Positions 1 through 9,294 of a DNA stretch of 64,000 nucleotides are shown here, in pieces. A program made the position numbers and the translations under genes. How positions within the stretch are numbered: position 1 is the first letter of the stretch; every line of letters starts with the position of its first letter. The stretch comes from Oculina patagonica. Its lineage: Eukaryota. The stretch is from contig NC_135765.1 in the NCBI RefSeq assembly GCF_052425735.1, positions 23,312,001-23,376,000 on the forward strand. The letters are read 5' to 3'. The notes below the pieces were generated by a model. The model did not search any database, had not been told where the DNA came from, and saw only the letters and a list, made by a program, of their open reading frames with translations.

Positions 1-172
1 TAGAACCACCTTGTACAGCACAGTAAACATGAAAGTACTGCTAAATAGCTTTCATTTGAATGGTCATAGACTAGGGTTTCATCCACAGACTTAAAAGTTA
101 GAACCACGTTATACAGCATAATAAAACAGTACCACATGAAAGTACTGCTCAATAGCTTTCATTTGAATGATG
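1..172. repeat. Partial tandem copies (~99-bp period) of an interspersed repeat
   Basis: tagaaccac...catgaaagtactgct.aatagctttcatttgaatg occurs at 1 and again at ~99. Confidence 0.7.
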
Positions 173-385
173 ACGCACCATACGGCTTTTCAAATGTTGT
201 GATACGTTGGACGAAGTAAGTTAAAGCAAACATTTATTTATTATTAAATTTTATTATTATTTTTTATTATTATTATTTGTCCAGCATGTCTCGACAAGGT
301 AGCCAGACGGTTCCAAAATTTTAACCCAACATCCATAATTATGTTGGCATCGTGCATAATTTTAATTTTTACAATTATACATTAG

Positions 386-855
386 ATGTTGTCACTGTGG
401 AACTGGTTGGTAGGAGACGACACCTTAACAAGGAAACTTCGTGATTATTCTGTTAATCGCGTGAAGATTGCTGAAGCTGATATGACTCGTACTAAAAAGC
501 TGGTGAGAGATTACATTGAAGATGAGATCATGTGGTACTGTCGACGAAATTCCACACTTCCAATCTTGAAACTGGAGTATACCGGTAGCGTGTACGAGAG
601 GCTGAAAAAACAGAAGCTGCTGATGAAGTAGATGTAATGGTAGTACTGAAGACAACTAAGCCGTGGTTTTGGGGTGATCCAGAAGTAATGGTGGAAGAAA
701 CGAGCATACCAGGGTATGTGCGACTGAAGACAACCATGGCTGACTCGAAACTTCGCAAGTATGTCAGTCCCGAAGGGTATATAATTCCTGAGCGCCTTCG
801 CAATGGTTGGTTTTACAGTCTCGTTGACCAAGCAGTCAGAGATTTCAGAGCAATG
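386..855 (+). pseudogene. cGAS-like receptor (cGLR)/Mab-21 family nucleotidyltransferase, N-terminal exon; frameshifted and 3'-truncated
   Basis: Joining ORFs 386-631 and 637-876 across the A6 run (605-610) gives LEYTGSVYERLK-TEAADEVDVMVVL, the GS..DExD nucleotidyltransferase signature, then the cGAS-like PGYVRL. An acceptor-like ttag directly precedes ATG 386. No C-terminal Mab-21 domain follows; the sequence runs into repeat DNA. Confidence 0.8.
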
Positions 856-959
856 GCGAAATTGAATTGCCGATAGCTCTGACAGCCATTAAACCGGAGA
901 AGGTTGAGTTTATTGACTCAATTTAAATCAATTTGCTTTTTTTATTTTTTAAAAAGAAT

Positions 960-2291
960 ACGATTAAAAAGAATAATTAGTTATCTTTTTCTCGAGTCGT
1001 CGAGTCTACAAGAGATAATGGTGCCTGTCGTTATCGGTAATAATACACCAAATAGATCTAACTCATATTTACTGACTCAAAAGTAGATAAGTGTGTTATT
1101 GCATGTAGATTAATCCTCTCGTCTCATACGGGAATGTCAATAAGATGCGGTTTTCTTTTTCAGTTTCTTTCAAACGCCGCGAACAAGCTGTAAGCACATT
1201 TTACTTTCAATTCGTGTAATTAATACCGACTCCTTTTAAATTATCTTCTTAAAAATTATTTTCACTAAAAACTCGAAAAAGTAATTTAATTCAGTTGTTT
1301 TAACAAGTGGAAAACCACTATCTAAAAAAGGTGGAAACTTAAAATAGCCACGCAAAAACAAATGAACGTATTCGTGTGTTTTTTTTTCAATCGAAAATAG
1401 AGGATATTACATGGTTGCGCGGAGATATGAAATTTATCTTCGAGTGTTCAAATCGATATCTCACGAGTGAGCGCAGCGAACGAGTGGGATATCGATTTGA
1501 ACACGAGAAGATAAATTTCATATATCCAAGCAACCATGTAATATTCTGTTTATTATATAAACCTACTAATTACGATGTTTTTGACGATTTTCCGAAGATT
1601 GCCGACCATTTTCCGAAGATTTCCGAAGATTTGCAAAATGTTGTCCGAAGGTCGTACGAATGTTTCCGAACATTTTCCGAACTTTTCCGAAAATGTCCGA
1701 AGACATGCGAAGATTGCCGAAGATTGCCGAGGAAGATCCGAAGATGTTTCGACTTAACATCGATTTACTTTGGCTCTTTCAGCATTGAAACAGGGCAAAC
1801 TTGTCAGAAAATGTTTCGAAATCGATATCTTCACATGTGAAATAACATGTTATTTTCACGTGTGAAGATATGATTTTTTCGCGCGAAAGATTTCCTGGTA
1901 TTTCACTGATGTTTATATAATAACAAAGTTTATTTTCCAACTAAGCGCAACACAAAGCAAGTTCTTTTTATAAACTTTACAAAGCGCGCGCTCACTTCAT
2001 TATTTCATTCAATATGCTTCTTGAGCTTGTTTTGTTTTGAACAAAACAAAAACATTTTCCCCGCCCACTGCGATTTCAGGTTAATAACGGAAGTTAAAGA
2101 TGTTTAGCAGGCTTGTTTAAGTTTGTTTGAATTCACTTATTTCAATTGGTTAACAACTGTGCATGTCTTAAGATGAATGACAGCGATGTCGAATCAACAC
2201 GAGCCAAAACTACATTGTACTTTCTGTTAGAAGGCAAGTTGTGTTCGATAATGGCTCAGTTGTAAAAAACGTCGGTCTATTAAAAGGAGCA
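960..2291. repeat. Dispersed repeat, direct copy of ~25561-26361, interrupted by the element at 1397-1923
   Basis: Long near-identical blocks (gtcgagtctacaagagataatgg...; aacattttccccgcccactgcgatttcagg...; cgtcggtctattaaaaggagcatt) occur at both loci. Confidence 0.9.
1397..1923. mobile_element. Non-autonomous element with terminal long hairpin, internal inverted repeat and no clear TSD
   Basis: Absent from the paralogous site at ~25990 (aatggaaa|caaag). ~150-bp imperfect hairpin at 1400-1548; ttattatataaac (1551) pairs with gtttatataataa (1911); internal ttccgaaga repeats. Confidence 0.85.
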
Positions 2292-3766
2292 TTTGACTTG
2301 GTGGTCTTCAAAGTAAGAGAAGAATATATATTTCGTAATTTTGTAGCACAATGTCCACACAACTCGAGTAAGACGAAAAACATTTGCCTACCGTCAAGTC
2401 CCTCTTCGCCCGGTATCAGCTTAAGTGAATACCGCAGATTTATCGACGGCAACATCAAGAGTTATTTAACCAAGATCCTCCACAAATATCCAGGAAAACG
2501 ACTTTGTGTAAGACAACATCCAGTTTTCACCACAGCTCTGCACATTCAGTATGATCGAAACTTTCAGGTGGATCCTTCGCCAACTGCCCTTTCAACTTTT
2601 AATTAATTAAAGTGAACTTCAAAAGCTTTGATTTAACGGTCAAATTGTTTCGCTGGCAGGTTTTTGATTCAGATTGCTGATTTTATTTTCTTGAAGGACC
2701 ATTTGTTAGATTGTTAACGTTACGAGGAGTTGGCCGAACCGAAGGCGAAAAAGATGCGTTTTAATTTATCCGGATAATGTCTCGTCTTTTATAATTAATC
2801 CGGACAAATTGGAAAAGGATAAATGTTTTGCGACATTATCATGAAGTGAAGGTGGTAAATACGCACTTTGCAAACCAAAGTTGATAAATATTGTACCCTT
2901 TAGGTACTTATTTTTGTGTTCTGCTGCCATTATGTCATTTGTCATAATTAATGCCAAGCAGAACTGATATTGCAATCGGAAGAAAATGGAATGTGTGTAA
3001 CAACTAGATGCCCAGGCAACTCACACAGGGAGCAGAGAAGTTCAGTTAGAACTAACTAATCAACAAAAATACGTCGAGCGCAATTATTTTGAAAAGTGTC
3101 AACCGCTGTCTGTTGTGACCGTGACTTCGAAAACTGAAACTTCCCGAGCGAGGCACATTATTCACAGCGGTCAAACGCAAAAACTGACGTCACCACTTTC
3201 GAATAATCAATACATGAAAATAACAATAAGATCAAAAGGAAGAAAGGAACCTTTCTAATTATTTGAAGACTTTCAAAGCCGTGATATTATGCATCCAATC
3301 CGCGATAAAATTTAATTACAACAAAATCCAAGTTCTCATTTTGAATTCCATTTTTTTCAGTTGATACCTTTATCCAACTTGTGAAAAATTCATTTCAAGT
3401 TCCTATTAATACTGTACATTCCCAATGTTTTGCTCAGGTCTTCAGAAGCGTCTTACTAACCAAATCTAAAATAATTCCAAAACATGCTGTACAAACATCC
3501 TACTCTTTGTGACAAACGACTTGACGACCAATTGTTCAGAAATGAAAATCGACACAGTTCTTGCTAAATAAAAAAAAAGTTTTACGGCGGAGTCAGGCTC
3601 AAAAAATATACCGCAAGATCACACCCCCATTCATAGTCAGAAACCAGCAAACCATCTAGTTTGCTAAAAAAACACTGCGTGACATCAATGACGTTACCTT
3701 TTTCATTTACAAAAATAACTTTAACTTGTCAAAGTAAGTGCAATTTCACAATGGTGAATATCAGTA

Positions 3767-4797
3767 CAGTATGGGGCCCAGTTCTCGGCCGGGTCCAGTT
3801 CTCGGCCACTTTGTGTTTAACGCGTTTTTTCACACTCCAGTTGAATCAAAAGAAAAAGGTATTTCCTTCAAACGATAGACTGATTCATGTGCTTTAAGTA
3901 TCTTGAGTTTGATCGTTCAATTCGATATAGAAAGCTCACACGTCGTGTTTACGCGGAAGTAGGTGAATTTGCATTCCCGAAAAAGTTGTTTGTTTACGGC
4001 TCCAAATTCATGGATGTAGTTAAATTCGTATTTTATCCAAAAGCCCCCACCATACGAGCTAATTTTTGGCATGTGAAACGTAGAATAATTCAGCTTTCTG
4101 CTTTAGTTAACTTTTCGTTGAACCGTTGTATTTTTTGGTCTTAATTTACTTCGAAATGTTTTCTTGCGACGTTTGCGTATTTGCCAGTTCTCGGCCACCC
4201 TGCTCGCTATCACAGCTTAGCGCTTGGTTTTTAATATAATTTCATCTGCTGCTGCCAGAATGAAAGAAATAAATGTTTTAAAAATAAAGTTCAATCTTAT
4301 CTCTAAGTTTTGAGCTGACTCTTGTCTTGTCTATTATTTCTACAACACCTAAATATATTTCAAGACCTTTTCACTGCAAAATAAACCATCTAAATGCACG
4401 GGTCACACAATGCGGTTTTGCCAGAACCTGCACATAGGCAACTAGGCGCGTTAAAATCCTTCTTTTCTAAAGTAAAACAAAGCATCATAAAAATAATTTG
4501 GGATCGATATAGTATAAATAGGTTTACAGAGTGATTTTAGGACTGTGAAAATTAATTGAGCATTTTTTTTACAGATAATTACGCACAAGCTTTTTAGTGG
4601 CCGAGAACTGGACCCACAAATGGAGCTTTTATTTTTATTATTGCTCGGGCAAATTAATTTTTGACCGGTCGATAGCTTTACACCAAAAAGCTGAATAATG
4701 TAGCTAGCTCTGGGAGAAATTTCAAGTTCCTGCGGTTCTTCTGAGGTAAGAAATACAAGTTTACGTCAAAAGTGGCCGAGAACTGGGCCCCATACTG
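3767..4797. mobile_element. Tc1/mariner(pogo)-type MITE, ~1.03 kb
   Basis: Perfect 24-bp TIR cagtatggggcccagttctcggcc / ggccgagaactgggccccatactg, TA on both sides; the ccagttctcggcc motif recurs internally. Confidence 0.92.
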
Positions 4798-5749
4798 TAC
4801 TTTGCCCCGTAAGCTTTTTTCTCTGTCCTTCCGCCGAAGCAAAAAAACACAACCTGATTACACATTAACCCAAAAGTCGACCAAGTGTGCCTGCAACGAT
4901 TTCCTGTCAAAACTAAAATGAAAACCATTGCGGTATGCGTCACCCGTAGCGGTTTTGTAGCAACCCCAAGCTATCCCCGTCTTTTTGGCCGCGCCAGGAG
5001 ACTACGCTCTAGGACGACCAAAGGGTAAACTATAAATCGGCCACGCCCGATTAATAATAATGGATTGATGTGTGGAGAGAAAGATGTCAGAAAAAATTTT
5101 TTTTCAGTAGGCTAAAAGATTAAAAGGAATCTTTTAGCGTGATACTGATAGTTAGAATGCCTTAATTTGCATATTCGTGAAAACAGCCGGATAACACACA
5201 AAGTTGAAGTTATGTCTGACAGGTATTTTCACGGGTTTTAATCCGTACTGTGACATTCTTGCATTCCAAGTAATTTTTAAAGAAAAATGAAGAATGACTC
5301 TGTTACGGAATTGGAAACTACCTAAACTGTGATGTGGAAAATGCGAGCAAAAGTAATTCTTATGAAACAGATATTTAATTACAACAGCGTGTGCCGTAAA
5401 TGAGCTGATCTGCTGAAATGGCACTGAAATGGCAAAATTTTCTAGTGTTTATATAATTTTTTATTCTAGACTGTTACATTTCCCCATTTGTTTATTAATG
5501 GAATCAATTTACTAATGAACAAATGAACAAGCTTTGTTCATTGTAATTGAGTAGTTCTAAATCGAGATAACAGTGGCGATATAAAGCTTTCATTTTGTAG
5601 TAAATTTGAGGCCGTTCAAAACATCGTTAACAGACCTTGGAGCTTCTTGGCCGTTGATTATTCAAACTTAGCATTTGCCGGATCCAATTTGATAAATTGA
5701 AAGAAGAAAGATAGTTCTTTATAACTGTACCAAGTATAAATGTTACCGG

Positions 5750-6035
5750 TAAGTGGAATATTGACTTGGATAAAGTGAAAAAAAAGAAGCTTTCTCAAGA
5801 CAAATACTCGGAAAAAAGATTTTTCCGAGTTCCCCCAACGGGTGTCAATCCCATGACCTTCCAGAATACCGGTTGGACGCTCTAACCACTAAGCTATGGG
5901 AGACTCGTGGTGAGCGAGGTCATATACTAGGTTATTATGTGTGACACATGTCCTGCCAAATGATGAATGTGAATAAATGCTGTGAATAAATTTATTTCAC
6001 TTTATTTCACTTTATCCAAGTCACTATTCCACTTA
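5750..6035 (-). mobile_element. tRNA-derived SINE-like element bounded by a 31-bp inverted repeat
   Basis: Minus strand 5903-5831 has an A-box-like tagcttagtggttagagc and a degraded B-box; 5750-5780 and 6005-6035 match as an inverted pair at 30/31. Confidence 0.7.
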
Positions 6036-6168
6036 ACATTTAAGTCCTTAAGAGATCACTCTTAAGGACTAGTAAATACAGGAAAAAGTCAGGTTTTGGA
6101 TGATTTTGCTTTCATCGGCAATATAGATATGTAATACTTTTGGGCTAATATTAAATGTTTTATTGCAG

Positions 6169-6236
6169 GAGCAGGTGCTTGTGTCCAGCTACAGAGTTAT
6201 GAAGACGCCATAAACTGGTGTGATAAGGGATTAGCA
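6169..6236 (+). CDS. Upstream exon of the TPR-CHAT gene, TTC4/Cns1-like TPR segment (G)AGACVQLQSYEDAINWCDKGLA
   Basis: Acceptor ttttattgcag and donor GTATCCTT; the peptide resembles the TTC4 TPR AxxWCDxGL motif; splices in frame to exon 8823. Confidence 0.8.
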
Positions 6237-7079
6237 GTATCCTTCATAATATTTTAGCAGGAGATGAATTTTTTCCGTGTTTACATAGCCTCATCCAAAT
6301 ACGAGTGGGGTTGGGAGAATCCGAGATGAAAACTAAACGTCCCTTGTCGTGGCTTGCTAACTCAAGTCTTCTCAGTGAAGTTAAAGTCGCTAATTAGCTT
6401 GCTACTACTTGTGCAGATGTGCTGAAATTAGCCAGATTACAGTCACTGAAGGTGTATATACAGCGACATGATCCTCAGAAAAAAGATAGAGGCATTTGAC
6501 TTTGTGTTGAATATGAATAATCGATGAACGATCCGACGCCATCATGGCAATGATGAACTGTAGAAAGTTTTGTGTAATAAGCTTTATTTTGATCGATATT
6601 GCTTAAATACAAAAAAAGGCTAAATAGGATTGTTTTGATTACAAAATGACTCAACATATAAGATTCTTTGCGACTGAGGGCAGTTTCACTGTTGCAAGTG
6701 TTTTTGTTGGTGAACAGACAAAATAATAATTTCGCCAAAATATGCAAAACCTGATTTTTAAGATTCGTTCATTAAATTCCCTAAAATATAAAAGAGCCCG
6801 CTCCGTAGAGATATTTACAGCTTTAGCAACAAGGATATCTGTGTAAACTGACTGCTTAGTTTCTGGTCTGGAACCAGTGTACTTTTGGAGAAATTCAAAG
6901 AAACGTCTGGTACGTCTTAGCCATTAACCAAAATGGCCGAAAACGCACTTAGTTAATTAACTGATAAGTCGTTGTAAATTTAATGTAAGAAAACGCCTAA
7001 TTCATCAATATAAACTAAAATGATGACTTTATATTTGCTCTAAGTCTTGAACAGTAGTGTTTTAATGGACTCAAGAACG

Positions 7080-7580
7080 GATTCGAGAGACCATACGCTT
7101 ATTGACTGTCATTTCACAAAGTCTTTCATCCAGCAGGTGTTGCAGTGGTTCAATTCAACCAACAACTCGTCCTTTTCACTCAATACTGAAGAGATTTTAT
7201 TTGGCCTTCCCAATACACCGAATGATGAATTAAAGAGAAAGCTAAACTACACTCTTTTATACATGTGTTATTATATTTATAAAATGAAACTCCAGAACGA
7301 TTCATTATTAATCTCGGACTTTATAAGTAAAATCATTTATAAATATAGAATAGAACAACTTCTTTAAGTACATATAAACCAGTTATCTAACAACTTCTTC
7401 GCCTTCTCCTATAGTTTCTTTATATTGTTTAGTGAAAGATTTCCACCGCTTCTCATATTAATTTGTAATATTTCTGATCCGTTGCCACTGTATTGTGAAT
7501 TGTAAATAGTATTTTGCAAATAGCGTTGTAATATTGTAAGTATTTTTTTGTGTGTGTTATTTTCTAAATGAATAAAAAAA
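7080..7580 (+). mobile_element. 5'-truncated L1/Tx1-type LINE 3' end (intronic)
   Basis: ORF 7047-7367 contains DHTLIDCHFTKSFIQQVLQWF...ILFG...LNYTLL...YYIY, typical of an ORF2 C-terminus; AT-rich UTR ends in aataaaaaaa. Confidence 0.75.
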
Positions 7581-8035
7581 ATGGACTCAAAAAGCAGCTG
7601 TTTACATTTTTCACATTTCAGAGCATGTTTTGAGTGAAAAATTAGGTTAGGACACACCAACAAACAATGGGTGTTGCCATGACAATAATGAGGTTGCGAC
7701 CATAAAAAAGAGCATTTTCGTACATCCCCCCTGAATATCTAGCTGCATGCAAAATATGAAGAGGGTTCAAACATTTTCATTTCCCACTTTGCTTCATTCT
7801 AACAGAGAATAGTTCTTTAGGACTTTTTTTTCAAGGTAGGCTTTTTTGGCTCCAAGTAATCACAATACAGTAGGCTGCCTTTCCATCCTATTGCAGCTTG
7901 TATCATAAGGCTTTTTATTTTTTACATAGATTTGGGGAAGGCTGTGGGCCTTTTCTTCTGAGGGATTGATAACGTTAATTTGTTGTCTGTGACCTGAATG
8001 GCAGGCCTATAACCAGGTGGATAATATGCATTACT

Positions 8036-8683
8036 CGAGTGGGTCACTGATGTTTTGCCACATTTGACGTCTTCTGCGATCTATAACTGAACAGACGTAC
8101 GGCAAAATGGAATCTACTTGTTTTATACAATAATATAAGACTTACTTCAGTATACGCGATGCCGCTACCCGTAAACTAAAGTTGTTTTCATTTCACGATA
8201 AAGGTTTTGGTAACCTGAAGCACTGCTTAACCGATTTAGTAAACAGAATAATGGAACGAAAAAACTAACCTTTATTCCATTTGGAAAGTTGTAAACTTTA
8301 AACTTTAACCTACGCGTTCAACCGTAATTCATCGATTTCCCGTGGCGTCGTTCAACTCTTACAGATTTCGATAATTTCTCGAATCAATCACTTCTCAATC
8401 ACTGTCTACTTCAAGCTTGTTTAGCCAGTTAAATGTTTCGAAAGGTAAACGATACTTGGCGGATTGTTTCTTACTGTAGATTTATATTCAAGCTGAACTT
8501 TTTTGTTTTGTCATGGCCTCGCGAGTTTTGAAAAACGTTGCCGAGAACACTGATTTGGACTATGAACTCTGATCACGCGCACGAGTCATACCACGCAGTG
8601 ACGTCATCTGTGCGTCTGTACTCTAATAGATGACAGGCATCAACCAATCACAACGCGCGCAGTAGCTCGGTTATTGTATAAAA
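8036..8683. mobile_element. Non-autonomous element with a similar inverted-repeat layout (intronic)
   Basis: ttttatacaataa (8121) pairs with ttattgtataaaa (8671); layout resembles 1397-1923, but no complete terminal hairpin is present. Confidence 0.55.
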
Positions 8684-8822
8684 TTAAATATAAAAGTTTT
8701 TTTCCTCGAGTGATAGCTGAAGTGCAAATAATAGAAAAGGCTAACAGTTAATTTTTTACCGCTACACTGCTTGAATGAATTCATTATTTTCACATTATGT
8801 CATGTGACTTGACCCTAAGCAG

Positions 8823-8948
8823 ATTGACAGGAATAGTAAGACTTTACTAGATTTATGGACGGAGTGCATGAGAGATCAAAATAAACCACAAGAAACAAAA
8901 GTACCAGAAATGAAGAGAAAGCTTATGACTCACACCGTGAAAGACCAG
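8823..8948 (+). CDS. Second identified exon of the TPR-CHAT gene (IDRNSKTLLDLWTECMRDQ...VKDQ)
   Basis: 126 nt, open, phase 0/0, flanked by cag and gtaggt; continues the TTC4-like WCDxGL|IDxxxKxLL pattern. Confidence 0.8.
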
Positions 8949-9294
8949 GTAGGTAATGCTATATTTTGAAAGGAAAACGTTGCTCCCAAAGTCCCAAATG
9001 TACCGTAAATTGAAACCATGTACCAAGGAAACGGGTGTGATGAATTTTTTATCTTTTGTAATAGTATTTTTTAGACTGGATTGTTAATTGTGCCAAGTTT
9101 GCAGAAAAGATAATTACTTATTACTTTACATGGAATCACCGTAACTAGTTCTTGTTATTGTTGCGGACACGGAAGGAAGGTTCGTCAAAAAGTTTAAAAA
9201 TAATGGAATGATTAATGACAAAACAAGATGGGATTATTTTGTTTACCATTTTTGGTAAATGTTCATGATTTCGTTACTTCTTCCCGTCTTACAG

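Noticed and set aside
286-298. ATGTCTCGACAAG|gt as the first coding exon of the cGLR
   Set aside because: Splicing to 386 would be out of frame with the nucleotidyltransferase motif.
1376-1840. 154-aa ORF as a gene
   Set aside because: Lies almost entirely in a palindromic, internally repetitive insertion; no recognisable domain.
5831-5903. Functional tRNA gene
   Set aside because: Anticodon arm is non-canonical, the B-box/T-loop is degraded, and it is embedded in a repeat.
9259-9294. ORF-track start [12 protein letters not shown] as the protein N-terminus or a signal peptide
   Set aside because: It is the polypyrimidine tract and acceptor of the intron ending at 9294.
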